A stretch of DNA of 63,276 bases, filler included, from Basidiobolus ranarum (taxonomy: Eukaryota), in the NCBI GenBank assembly GCA_040143965.1. It is 54 parts of 54 records of this genome, joined end to end, with 100 filler letters (N's around TTAATTAATTAA, not from the genome) between each part and the next. Parts side by side here need not be neighbours in the genome. Positions count along the whole stretch, not along the records: positions 45,831 to 46,901 come from JASJQH010006567.1; positions 47,002 to 48,072 come from JASJQH010006568.1; positions 48,173 to 49,242 come from JASJQH010006569.1; positions 49,343 to 50,412 come from JASJQH010006570.1; positions 50,513 to 51,582 come from JASJQH010006571.1; positions 51,683 to 52,752 come from JASJQH010006572.1; positions 52,853 to 53,922 come from JASJQH010006573.1; positions 54,023 to 55,092 come from JASJQH010006574.1; 46 more parts are not named here. The stretch is one strand, 5' to 3'. Positions 46,211 through 58,700 of this stretch are shown one piece after another. Under the pieces are notes generated by a model that ran no database searches, was not told where the DNA came from, and saw only the letters and a program-made list of their open reading frames with translations. The number at the start of each line of letters is the position of its first letter. The first letter of the stretch is position 1. The position numbers and the translations under genes are program-made.

Positions 46211-46901
46211 CTTTTGTTGCTTCACAGGCAGCCATGTATTCAGCTTCTGGTGTTGAAAGTGCTATGGTAGGTTGTTCCTTTAAATCCAAGAAATAGCTCC
46301 ATTATAGCAAAGAAATAAGTATCCTGTTGTAGATCTGCTGTCTTCAATATCTCTTCCCCAACTTGCATCCAAATATCCCACGAGATCAAAGTTTGATCCA
46401 GAATATCTGTTTTTTAAGGATAGATTCACAGTACATTTCAAATATCTGAAATTCCACTTGACTGCTATTATTTGACAACAGACATAATTTTGAAGATATT
46501 GGCATATAACTCCCACAGAATATGCAAAATCTGGCCATGTTTCAACCATGATATACATCAAACTACTTACCATAGAATGATAAGGAAGTTTCTGGCTTTC
46601 ATATGAATCCTAGAATGTCTGATTTGAGCCATTTTTGATCAAGTTAAGATTTGCCTCCATTGTGGTAGATAATTGATTACATTCTTCCATTTTAAACTTG
46701 TTTAGTATATCTAGGATATACTTTGACTGGTTTAAAGTTATTGCTTTGTAGTTCTATCTATCTTAATATGGATTCCCGGATAGTATGTCAATTCACCAAA
46801 ATCAGTGATTTCAAATTCAGCAGATAAGCTGGATTTATTTTTCTCCAAAGTCTTCAAGTCATTGGTTGCTATAATAAGGTCATCTATATATAAGGCTAAT
46901 A
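46211..46901 (-). mobile_element. Copia RT end and RNase H start
   Basis: YLDASWG..RSTTGY, GAISW and ALSTPEAEYMAA. Confidence 0.9.
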
Positions 46902-47001
46902 NNNNNNNNNNNNNNNNNNNNNNNNNNNNNNNNNNNNNNNNNNNNTTAATTAATTAANNNNNNNNNNNNNNNNNNNNNNNNNNNNNNNNNNNNNNNNNNN
47001 N

Positions 47002-48004
47002 TGTGGGTTTGCCAGTTTTTCAATGAGTTTTCTACTTTCATGTGCCCAATTAATTTTAAGTTGTTGTACAGGCTTAATGGTCCAGCACATATTCTGCTCT
47101 GCTAGATTGTCATGGTGATGTTTGTATGTATGTTGTGGGATTGATTGAAATCCTGTATGAGAATGGACAGAGGAAGCAGCATGTTGCTATAGCTCAAGTT
47201 CAGCATTCTGAAGGTCATGTATCATTGTTGAGGAACTCTCTAACTATTGACTAGCTGCTTCCAAATGCTGCATTAATTGCAATATTGCAGCATTACTACT
47301 TGTCATGGCCTGTATACAACCTTGTAATTTTTAGTTATGATTGCATACAAATCATTATGGTGTTCTGCATGCAATTCCTTGTTGTAATAATTCTATCCAA
47401 ATTTTCTGAGGATGGTTGCTCAATGGTGGGCAAAGTAGCCATTTTGTAAGTTGATAGTCTTGATTGTGTCTTAGTTGAACTTTGCTCAACTATTGTTGTA
47501 GTATGTAATTGAGGGATTATATTCTCTCCCTTGCACCATTGCTTGATAAGAACACATCTGGTAAATTGATTATTGCTTCATCATTACTTGAGTTAGTTTC
47601 TGGCATGCTAATGCCTTCCAAAGTGGATAGTGGGATCACTAGAATGCTCATCAATTAAGTTCTCTGTTCTTATTGGTTTTTTTCCAGTTGTGCCAGCAGG
47701 CTTTGGCTTGCAAGCCAGTTTTGATTTATATTTGGAATGTGTTTTGAATGGCTTTGAAATTTTCAGATGGTAAACTTGATGTATAAAAATTGCTTAGAAA
47801 CAGCTTATAATGAACCAAAATTGCCATCCATTACTGGAAATATCTTAAAAGTCTTATTTTGAATTAACTTAATTCTTCCTCCTTCTGAATGATATAAGAG
47901 TCAAAATATTTTGATACTATCTATCATATCCAGACCTAAATCACCAATCTTATACACAGCTTCTTGGAGCCTTTGACTCTGGAATTTGAATGGTTAACTA
48001 ATGG
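47002..48004. mobile_element. Internally deleted CACTA copy: ORF2 5' half (minus), intergenic region, transposase fragment (plus)
   Basis: Links 1880-2114 to 49343-49810, then jumps to the NLPP region at about 47860. Confidence 0.75.
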
Positions 48005-48172
48005 GTAGAAAGAAGTTCATTTGATATGCAGTACGCAATACGCATGGATTGGTTTAGAAAGCAAGCGCGGATNNNNNNNNNNNNNNNNNNNNNNNNNNNN
48101 NNNNNNNNNNNNNNNNTTAATTAATTAANNNNNNNNNNNNNNNNNNNNNNNNNNNNNNNNNNNNNNNNNNNN

Positions 48173-49242
48173 GATTGGTAACTGTTGCTTGCCACAGACC
48201 TGGTACAAGTTGAAAACATTTGACAAATGTATGACTTGTATTCTTTCAGTAATTAAACTGCCGTGATATACAAATGGTTGCTTGGCTTTTGCTGGTGATC
48301 TGAAAAACCTGAAGTCATGTACTGTTTGCACACAATTGGCAATCACTGAATCAGGAAAATATTGTTCATAATTGGCTTACATACCATTGATTCCCTATAT
48401 TAAGGTTTTGATGAATTCACCAAAATATTAATCATTAATCTAATACTATAGTACTCACCATAAAGCTGATGATATTACCAATATCCTTGATGGATATCAC
48501 TACCAGAATCTGAAAAGTCAAGGTTTCTGTATGAACATATCTGATCATGCATTTGCTTTGGTTCTGGATGGTTTCTTGCCAAACAAATATACCATTGAAA
48601 AGGCTTGCTGGCCAATAATTTTAATGAACTTAAATTTTCCTTCTCCTGAATGGTATAAGAGTCATAATATTTTGATACTATCCATTGTAGAGACAGTGAT
48701 ATCAAGTATGACAAAGACAATAAACTTCAACATTCCCCATCTTAAAGCTTGTATTAAATTACCCAAATATGGATGATTGATGCAATAGTAAACTACTCAC
48801 CATAGAGCTGATGGTTTTACCAATATACTTGATGTATATCACTACCAGAATCTGAAAAGTCAAGGTTTCTGTATGAACACATCTGATCATGCATTTGCAT
48901 TGGCTATGGATGGTTTCTTGCTAAGCAAATATACCATTGGAAAGGCCTGCTGGCCAATAATTTTAATTACTTAAATCTTCCTCCTTCTGCATGGTATAAG
49001 AGTCATAATAATTCGCTACTATGATTCATATGAAGACTTGAATCACCAGTGCTTATATATAGCTTTTTGGGGCCTTTGACTGTGGAATTTGAATGGTTAT
49101 CAAATGGGGTTTGGATGGGTGAATATTTACTCAGCTATATAGTGCAAAAAATTCAATATGAATGAGCAATTCAAGATAGGATGAGCAATTTGAGATAGGA
49201 TCAAAGTTTGAATCAATTGGGAAAATGCTTGAAAACATCAAG
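48173..49242 (+). mobile_element. Two overlapping CACTA transposase fragments joined through an LTR-A terminal remnant (~48686-48732)
   Basis: The IP.LK…ILSI segment occurs twice (from about 48390 and from 48733). Confidence 0.8.
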
Positions 49243-49342
49243 NNNNNNNNNNNNNNNNNNNNNNNNNNNNNNNNNNNNNNNNNNNNTTAATTAATTAANN
49301 NNNNNNNNNNNNNNNNNNNNNNNNNNNNNNNNNNNNNNNNNN

Positions 49343-50412
49343 CTTGTTGTAATAATTCTATCCAAATATTCTATGGAGGGCTGTTCAATATTGGGCAAAG
49401 TAGCCATTTTGGAATTTGATGGTCTTGATGGTGTTTTGGTTGAACAATGCTCAACTATTGATTTACTATGTAATTGGGGGATTACAATCTCTTCACTTGC
49501 ACTATAGCTCAAAAAGAACATATCTGGTAAATTGATTAATGCTTCATCATTACTTTAGTTAGTTTTTGGCATGTTAATGCCTTCCAAAGTGGATAGTTGA
49601 CTGCTAGACTGCTCATCAATTAAGTCCTCTGTTCTTGTTGGCTTTTTTCCGTTTGTGCCAGCAGGCTGTGGCTTGGAGGCCAATTTTGACTTAGATTTTG
49701 AAAGCTTTTTGAATGGCATTGAAATTTTCAGATGGTAAACTTGGTGTAATGAAATTGCTTAGAAACAGCTCATAATAAACCAAAATTGCCATCCATTACC
49801 AGAAATATCTTGTAAATCCCCTGATTACTCATCTGTGACACCATCTCAGAATCAGCTGCTGATATTGATGGGCTGCGACTAAAATTCCACCCTTATGTGG
49901 GAGGAGTTCTTTTCTACGATATCCTCCTCATGCCACAACACAAATTTTAAAGAAGCCCTGCAATTTTGTCACAAATTCCAGTGCTATGAAAGCCAGAGAC
50001 TTCATAGAAAAAATAATCACAAGCATGATCACTGTACAAAGCCACCAGCTGCACAAAGCCTGTGGTATAACCACAGTAATAAGTACACTTAGATGACTTT
50101 AGTTTTGCCCATTGTGTCCACTGACTTTAGTTTACCTCAAAGTTTTGGTAACACTGCCAAAAGTCCAGATTCTGTGGAGTTATCACAGTTATATGACCAG
50201 AATGATGTAGGTCAAAATGCAACTTTGGGCAAACCAGTAAGTCTGGACAACTTTGAGAACTTGCTGCTAGATGTTGACCTTGGTTATTACAGTATCAATG
50301 GTTGTATATCAGAAGATGAAAAAGAAGACAATGGTTTGGTTATGGACTCTTTGTTATAGGCAAACATTAGTCCACTCATAACACTTACTGTAAAGGAAAC
50401 AGTTTGATTATT
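49343..50412. mobile_element. CACTA central region: ORF2 start (ATG 49719, minus) and transposase start (ATG 49930, plus)
   Basis: Second independent copy of the head-to-head arrangement seen at 25896-26969. Confidence 0.8.
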
Positions 50413-50512
50413 NNNNNNNNNNNNNNNNNNNNNNNNNNNNNNNNNNNNNNNNNNNNTTAATTAATTAANNNNNNNNNNNNNNNNNNNNNNNNNNNNNNNN
50501 NNNNNNNNNNNN

Positions 50513-51582
50513 CTTTGGAGTTTGTGGTAGCAAGGCTAATGGATCAACATCTCAGAAGTAAGAATTTGGAAAAAGAATCTGAGGAAGTGGCTCTTTTTGG
50601 AGCTGGAAAACATAGCTTTGGCAAGTACAAAGGTTACAAAAGAAGGAAACCAGGTTTATGCTATGGTTGTAACAAACCAGGACACCAGATAAAAGATTGC
50701 AAATTGAGAAATTGCAACAAAAATGAGAAGTCAGAACAAGCAAATCAGGTTTCAACCAAAGAGGAAGTTTTATTCATTTCTGCCCTATCAGTGACCTCTG
50801 AACAAGACTGTAGGTTGTGGTATATTGATTCTGGAGCCTCTCAACATTTCTCTAATCAAAAAAACTGGTTTAAGACAATCAAAACTGATATAAACAAGAA
50901 GGTTTATATCAGATGACCGGCCACTAGAAGGTCTGGGAGTGGTAGAAATTGAAGTGGATCTTGGGGGCATCTCTGCGGACATGTATTTGACACTGAAAAA
51001 TGTGCTATATGTGCCTGGTATAGCAAAACATTTGTTATCAGTGAGTAAAGCTACATCTGAGAGATATAGCTTTAATTTTGATTGAAATGGCTGTACAATA
51101 AGGGATCAAAAAGAGAATTATGTAGCTTCTGGAGCTAAGCAAAATAACTTGTATAAGCTTCATTATGTTAGGCCTATATATGCAAAAGTCAGTACTGCCA
51201 CAGCTGAAGAGATAGACTGGAAAATCTGGCATAAGAGATTGGGTCATCTAGGAGCTGAAAATATGAGAATTTAATCAAAAACAAGATGGTTTTGGGACCA
51301 AATTTGATAATTCCACTGGATTTGGAGCTATGTGAAGGCTGCCTATATGGTAGGCAACACAGACAGCCATTTATGGGCTCTGGAATGAGCAAAATGGATT
51401 ACAAATTGGGCCTGATTCACTCAGATCTGTGTGGCTCAATGCAGACAAAATCCTTAGGCAGAAAAAGGTAATTTATGACCTTTATTGATGATAAGACAAA
51501 GTATACTTGGGTGTACTTTCTGGCTAGTAAGGATGAAGCCTTTGATACCTTCAAGAAATTCAAAGCAATGGTGGAGACTGAA
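50513..51582 (+). mobile_element. Copia (probably copia-1) gag end, protease and integrase start
   Basis: CYGCNKPGHQIKDC, WYIDSGASQHF, IHSDLCG and FIDDKTKYTWV. Confidence 0.93.
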
Positions 51583-51682
51583 NNNNNNNNNNNNNNNNNN
51601 NNNNNNNNNNNNNNNNNNNNNNNNNNTTAATTAATTAANNNNNNNNNNNNNNNNNNNNNNNNNNNNNNNNNNNNNNNNNNNN

Positions 51683-52117
51683 ATATTAATCAAGCCATTA
51701 GCTAGACAGAAATTTGAGAAATTTAGACCTTTATCAGAATTGGTTTCTATGACTATTTAGTTAAGGGAGAGTGTTGAAATTAGCATTGCCTAAACACCTA
51801 TATAGTCATATATAGCTTAGTACTCAGTTATCTTATAATTCACAAAGATATTAACAATTATTCTAAATTGAAATTTACTTAAAATATTTTATCAACTTAG
51901 AAGTTCTCAGATATATATATTTTTCAAACTTGTGCTAGAAGCCCCAAACTTTGCACACATGTTCCTGGGACCTTCCTTAACATATTCCGCATGTTAGTTT
52001 GTTTACATCTTGACAAAACTATAAATGTCAACTTTCTACTCAGTAAATCAATAAGTGAAAACCATCAATTCCTCTATTTATGCAAGCACTTCCAACAGGC
52101 TCCCAAGTACTTTAACA
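51683..52117 (+). mobile_element. Copia-2 3' end: RNase H tail, PPT and complete 3' LTR-B (51772-52117), inserted in CACTA ORF2
   Basis: ILIKPLARQKFEKFR…*, then AGTTAAGGGAGAG|TGTTGAAAT…TTTAACA. Confidence 0.9.
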
Positions 52118-52752
52118 AGAACTGCTGTCACTTGCTCTGATGATTAGTGATTTAATATTTTGGAGACCATGCAGAATCTTGCCCAAAATCACCTGGATTT
52201 GAGCTAATCCTGGAAAAACCAAAAATCAGGCATTACTCTGAAGGTTCTTGACTTATTTCATGTGACTATTCCTGGGTTTTTGCAAGCAAATGGCAATTGA
52301 GTTTAGGCTCTATTGTCCCACTTACCAAATTCTTCTCCCCTCTATCAAGCTCTGTACTTATAGGGTCAGATATGCTGGCAAAAAAGGTTAATTTTACCAT
52401 GGAACCAGGTACACCAGTTGGAACAGTGCTATGTTTCAAAGTCTATCCATCACCTGGCACCTCTCAACAAGCTAAAACATCTGCAAATAAAACTCATGGC
52501 TCTCCAACCTCAACTGGCACTTTTCAAAGTATTAAAATTAGCTCCAAACTTAAAGCCAAGCAAATAGCTACACAAACACCACAAAGCATCCTCAGCAGTG
52601 TCACACTACAAGGATGTATAGACATAGTAAAACTGCTTGAGGAGTATTTTCAAAAGTATGAAGAGAAACAAACAGTGCAAGCATGCAGACAGTGGCTACA
52701 GAAGAAGAACATTAAGCTTGACATTCAGTTTAATGTTGACTGTTCATATATC
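52118..52752 (+). mobile_element. CACTA ORF2 middle/C-terminal fragment
   Basis: FTMEPGTPVG…LEEYFQKYEEKQ. Homologous to 1295-1870 and 44320-44559. Confidence 0.7.
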
Positions 52753-52852
52753 NNNNNNNNNNNNNNNNNNNNNNNNNNNNNNNNNNNNNNNNNNNNTTAA
52801 TTAATTAANNNNNNNNNNNNNNNNNNNNNNNNNNNNNNNNNNNNNNNNNNNN

Positions 52853-53922
52853 ACTATATAAGTCACCATATACTCTTAAGAATAAACTAACTAAAACACA
52901 CTATCATAAGTTGCTTCTAATACTCAAAGTCTACCCCATTATGTCAAGATCCTCCAACAAATAGAAGAAAGCAACTCAAAATCTCTGAGACTGAAGTTTT
53001 ACACCAGGTTAAAAAAGTATAAATGCTTTTAACACAATCTGTCTGAATATTACAGATAAATGTTAAATCAATGTTCAAGAGCCAAAATAGCTCAGTGATT
53101 ACTATAAATGAACTGGCCATTCAAGCAAAGATTGCTTTAGAAAAATTGCAAAAGAAGAAAATCATACTGAATCTGGAAATGTGATTATAACAGAAGATTG
53201 CTTATTCATATCTGCTCTATCTATGACTACCAACAAGGATTCTCAGATGTTGTATATTGGTTTATATAGCTTTGGGAGAAAAGAATCACAATTTATGCAA
53301 ACATATATATCATCCTAGAGGTTTTTGTGTAAATAAAAGTTATTCCAATTAAGAAACTATTTCATTATTTGCATAACAGATTTGGCCATATTGATTTTGA
53401 CTATTTGAGCATAATGATTACAACTTGCTTAATTTCTGGAATTCAAATTAACCTCGCAAAAGAATTGGGAATTAGTGAGGGCTGTATACAGAGGAAACAA
53501 GCCAGGCAACCATTCAAGAGCTCTGGTCTAATCAAATCTGTTAAAAAATTGGATCTAATTCATTCAGATTTGTGTGGACCTATGCAAAAATTTATCATTA
53601 GGTGGAAAAGGATATTTAATCACATTTATTGATGATTATACAAGATACACTTGGGTGTACTTTATGGAATGAAAAGAAGAAGCCCTCTCTATCTATAGAG
53701 ATTCTAAAACACTTGTGGAGACTGAAACTGGAACTAAAATCAAATAGGAATATCTCTATATCTATATACCAAGTATGTCTTATTACCCCCACTTATCTAT
53801 TATATCTTATAACACAAACTCCTGAATATCTCAAACAATTGATTTACTTTTCTACTATATAAGTCACCATATACTCTTAAGAATAAACTAACTAAAACAC
53901 ACTATCATAAGTTGCTTCTAAT
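52853..53922 (+). repeat. Contig with identical 69-bp ends (LTR-D-like sequence) enclosing a multiply deleted copia-2 fragment (52959-53741)
   Basis: 52853-52921 is identical to 53854-53922. The first copy extends to …TCCAACA at about 52958. Confidence 0.85.
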
Positions 53923-54022
53923 NNNNNNNNNNNNNNNNNNNNNNNNNNNNNNNNNNNNNNNNNNNNTTAATTAATTAANNNNNNNNNNNNNNNNNNNNNN
54001 NNNNNNNNNNNNNNNNNNNNNN

Positions 54023-54690
54023 ACATGATCACTAATATCAATTCACCAAATAGTTAGTGTGACATCAAACTTGATACTAGCCATAAGCCTAAGATTATAT
54101 TGCTAAAGGGGATCAGCTGGAGCCAGAGCTTCCCATTAGGCAACATGCACATGCAATTCAACAACATTCGAATAATACTTACATGGCTATATAGTGGAAA
54201 ATTTAATATGCATGAGGCATTCAAGATAGGATGAAAGTTTAAATCAACTGGTAAAATAGTTGAAACCAGCAAGATACCATCATATTTTACCCGGACTCCC
54301 ATAAATATCCACCCCTGTTGGCATTTATTCAAATACAAAGACTGGAAGTATTTGATTTGTAAATATTCAAGTGGAATCTTGAAAGATTTCTGCCTGATAT
54401 CTATTACCAACATTGGAAGTTGATTGTCAATATTGTTAAAATATTCTTAAGGCATCAATTCATGTTGGCAGACATCAGGCAGATATAGCAACTGCACAAA
54501 GAATTTGTAAATGGATAGGAAAAACTGTAGTACAGGTTCAACAAAGATAGATTTAACATATGCCGATGTTTGATACATTCCCTGCTGCATCTTTTGCAAT
54601 GCCTAGAGATTATAGGCCCTTACTATACATTCTGAAAGTTCCCAATGGAGCACACCTGTGGTGAAATGATGCTCCATGTGAAATCATCAG
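54023..54690 (+). mobile_element. CACTA transposase, region carrying the third catalytic residue
   Basis: FPLGNMH, IHSLLHL…GPYYTF.KFPME(R/H)TCG, matching the H..LH…W.FP.ER motif. Confidence 0.85.
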
Positions 54691-55092
54691 CAGACTTGTT
54701 CCATTGGACCCAGTCAGATTGTGCCACTTGATCTAGCCTGCTAGTACACCATGTGGCACAATCTGTCAATTATCATGGCTGGGTCCTATAATACTCCATT
54801 GAACACTATAAGGAACAATATGGCACTATCCCACCACAATTGGACATGATGATTTTATTGGAGATATCATGCCAGCCCATACCAGGTTACTTGGTTTAGT
54901 ATTGCTGATTTATGACTTTGGGCAACTGACAAAGCAAGTTCATCCCCTAGTTTGTAACCTACAAATTACTGAATGTGTAATAACAAACATTTTTTACTGT
55001 AACTTACCCAATCAAATGTATAACCAAGATATTCACATGTTTTTAGGCCAATCATTTGTCCCTCATTAACACAGTATCCTGATTTTCAATTG
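54691..55092 (+). mobile_element. Probable hAT-like DNA transposon end (CAGACTTGT…)
   Basis: Same boundary as 61617 in a different host. Repeated GTGCCA/TGGCAC subterminal motifs. Confidence 0.6.
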
Positions 55093-55192
55093 NNNNNNNN
55101 NNNNNNNNNNNNNNNNNNNNNNNNNNNNNNNNNNNNTTAATTAATTAANNNNNNNNNNNNNNNNNNNNNNNNNNNNNNNNNNNNNNNNNNNN

Positions 55193-55996
55193 TAATCAGC
55201 CAACATGTGCAAAACCCAGGATCTGAACATTCTGCAGCAGTTAAGCAGATTTTCAGATATTTGAAGAGGACAATTAATATGGGATTAAGATACACATATT
55301 CTTATGAGAATAAGGATCCAATTGGGTTTAGTGAGGCAGATATGGATGTGATATTGAGGACAGAAGATCTATCACTGGATATATCTTTCTCTATAGTGAA
55401 GCAGTCATATCCTTGAATAGCAAGAAACAACCCACCATAGCACTTTAAACAACTGAAGCAGAGTACATGGCAGCATCACATACAACAAAGGAGGCTATGT
55501 GTTTAAGGAAACTGTTCAAAGATTTGGGCATATTTCAAAGTTCACCCACCATACTTTTTAAGGATAATTAAAGTTGTATTTCTTTGGCTAAAAATCCCAA
55601 ATTTCATGCCAGAAGCAAGCATATTGATATTCAACATGACTTTGTTAGGGAAGCTGTTGAGAATAAGCATGTCCAACTGGAGTACTGCCCAACTGAGGAC
55701 ATGATTACTAATATCCTCACCAAACCATTGCCAAAGCCAAAATTTGAAGAATCAAGATTGAAGATAAGAATAAGATATATGAATATTTAGTTGGGTGGGA
55801 GTGTTGAGGTTTATTGTCTTTATTATATTTGTTATCTCTATCATTATACACCTAACTATTTCATATATCACATATAGGTCACTTAACATTACTTAGTCAA
55901 ATATCACTTAGCTCAAAATTGGAACATATTATATATATATGTTAATAATGTGAGAATTAGCATTCCATATGGAAATTTCAAACTCATCCAGATTGC
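55193..55996 (+). mobile_element. Copia-1 RNase H, PPT and truncated 3' LTR-A (from 55802)
   Basis: HARSKHIDIQH…RYMNI*, then TAGTTGGGTGGGAG|TGTTGAGG. Confidence 0.92.
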
Positions 55997-56262
55997 AAAA
56001 AAGGCTGTCTTTGGAGTTTGTGGTAGCAAGGCTAATGGGTCAGCACCTCAGAAGTAAGAATTTGGAGAAACAATCTGAGGAAGTAGCTCTTTTTGGAGCT
56101 GGAAAATATAGCTTTGGCAAGTACAAAGGTTACAAAGGAAGGAAACCAGGTTTATGCTATGGTTGTAACAAACCAGGACATCAGATAAAAGATTGCAAAT
56201 GAAGAAATTACAATAAAAATGAGAAGTTGGAACAAGCAAATCAGGTTTCAACTAAAGAGGAA
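55997..56262 (+). mobile_element. Copia gag C-terminal fragment fused to the truncated LTR
   Basis: LSLEFVVARL…CYGCNKPGHQIKDC; matches 50513-50765. Confidence 0.9.
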
Positions 56263-56362
56263 NNNNNNNNNNNNNNNNNNNNNNNNNNNNNNNNNNNNNN
56301 NNNNNNTTAATTAATTAANNNNNNNNNNNNNNNNNNNNNNNNNNNNNNNNNNNNNNNNNNNN

Positions 56363-57431
56363 TCAGTTCACCAACATCTAATTAGATCCAATTTTTTGAC
56401 AGATTTGATTATACCAGAGCTCTTGAACAGTTGCCTGGCTTGTTTTCCATATATACAACCCTCACAAATTTCCATTTTGATTGGGGGGTTAATTTGAATT
56501 CCAGAAATTAGGTGATTTTTGATCATTTTGCTCAAATAATCAAATCCAATATGGCCAAATCTCTTATGCTATAATTGAGTAGTTTCTTGATTGGAGTAAC
56601 TTATATTAACACATAAATCTCCTGGATTATATGTAAGTTTGTATAAGTTTTGATCCTTTTCTCCCAAAGCTATATAATTCCCAATTTGATCTGTGATAGT
56701 GCATCCTGACTTATCAAAATTGAATTTTAGCCCTTCTGAGGTGGCCTTCCATACAGATATTAAACTCTTGGCAATATCTGGAACATGTAGTACATCCTTA
56801 AAAGTATATACTCTCTCTTCAGAAACTCCAGTTAAATTAACTTGAATTGTTCCCATTCCAATAGCATCCAATGTGTGGTCATCTCTGATGAAAACCTTTC
56901 TAATTGGGATTTCTTCATATTCCACAAACCAATGTTTTTCATTTGTGAAATGTTGGGAAGCTCCAGAATCAATATCCCACATCTGAGAATCCTTGTTGGT
57001 AGTCATAGATAGAGCAGTATGAACAAGTGATCCTCTGTTGTAACCACATTTCCAGATTCAGTATGTTTTTCTTCTTTTGCAATTCTTTTAAAGCAATCTT
57101 TGCTTAAATGGCCAGTTCTTTTACAGTAATCACCAAATGTGTTACTTTTCTTCTTAAAGTGCTTTTGACCTTTATAGGAAGGTTTTCCATAGCCAATTAA
57201 AGCATTTTCCTCATTCTTTTGGTTGAGTCCTGATTTGTGTAAATCTTCATCCAGAAGTCTGCCAAATACATAATTTAAGGTCAAATTATCAGTACTTGAT
57301 TCTAGAGCCATTACTAGGCTCAGAAACTCATGTGGCAGGCTATTCAGGACTGTAACTATGATATCTTGATCAGTGGTAGGAACTCCAATGCATTCCATGT
57401 CATACACTAAAATAGTGACTCTATTAATTAG
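56363..57431 (-). mobile_element. Copia-2 gag-protease-pre-integrase
   Basis: WDIDSGASQHF, FKDVLHVP and CEGCIYGKQ. Confidence 0.92.
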
Positions 57432-57531
57432 NNNNNNNNNNNNNNNNNNNNNNNNNNNNNNNNNNNNNNNNNNNNTTAATTAATTAANNNNNNNNNNNNN
57501 NNNNNNNNNNNNNNNNNNNNNNNNNNNNNNN

Positions 57532-58600
57532 AGTAAGTAGTATTGTAATGTTGTTGGATAGTAAGTGCATAGTGCCTAATGGCAAGCTCTGGCTCCAGCT
57601 TATCCCCTTAACCAATATAATCTTAGGCTTATGGCTAATACCAAGTTTGATGTTAGACTGACTATTTGGTGAATTGACATCAGTGAGCATGTTGAATTCT
57701 GACCAGGCTCTTGAAGGTACAATGATGGAGTTTAGTTATGCGCTTGGATAGTAGTAATGTTTATGCTTGATAGAGTAAACTCCATTGATTTGACAGAATC
57801 TACAGCAAGATAGTGCATTGTGCCTGCAAAAACCTCCAAGTTTACTGAAGGCAGCAGTATCACCAATATATACAATGATACTACCTTTAACAAAATATTC
57901 ACCCATCTGAACCCCATTAGATGACCATTCAAATTCCACTATCAAAGGCTCCAAGAAGCTATCTATAAGCACTGGTGATTTAGGTCCAGATATGATGGAT
58001 ACTATCAAAGTATTATGATTCTTATACTGTTCAGAAGAAGTAAGATTTAGGTTAATTAAAATCATTAGCCAGCAAGCCTTTCCAATGGTATTTTTGTTTA
58101 GTAAGAAACCATCCAGAGCCAATGCAAATGCATGATCATATGTATTCACAAAGAAACCTTAACTTTTCACATTCAGGTAGTGATATCCATCAAGTATATT
58201 GGTAATACCATCAACTATATGGTGAGTACTTTATTATTGGATCAATGATCTATATTTGGGTGATTTCATCAAAACTTTAAGACAGGGAATCAATGGGGTG
58301 TAAGCCAAATATGAACAATATTTACCTGATTCAGTGATTGCCAATTGTGTGCAAACAGTACATGACATCAGGTTTTTCATATCACTGGCGAGAGCCAACA
58401 AACCATTTGGACATGAAGGTAGTTTAGTCACTTAAGGATTATAAGTCATAAAATTGACAAGTATTTTCCACTTATACCAGGTCTGTGGTAAGCAACAGTT
58501 GCCAATCAACTGTGGTAAAAGTGTAAGAAAACCAATAAACACCTGGTTGCTAAGATTCAATTGAACTCTCCCCTCCTTAATAATCAAAGCTGCTTCCTTT
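57532..58600 (-). mobile_element. CACTA transposase, decayed
   Basis: Homologous to 42501-43388 and 8256-9010. Confidence 0.88.
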
Positions 58601-58700
58601 NNNNNNNNNNNNNNNNNNNNNNNNNNNNNNNNNNNNNNNNNNNNTTAATTAATTAANNNNNNNNNNNNNNNNNNNNNNNNNNNNNNNNNNNNNNNNNNNN

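Noticed and set aside
51700-51725. ACAGAAATTTGAG as another CACTA terminus
   Set aside because: It lacks CCCTA and is simply the copia RNase H codons RQKFEK.
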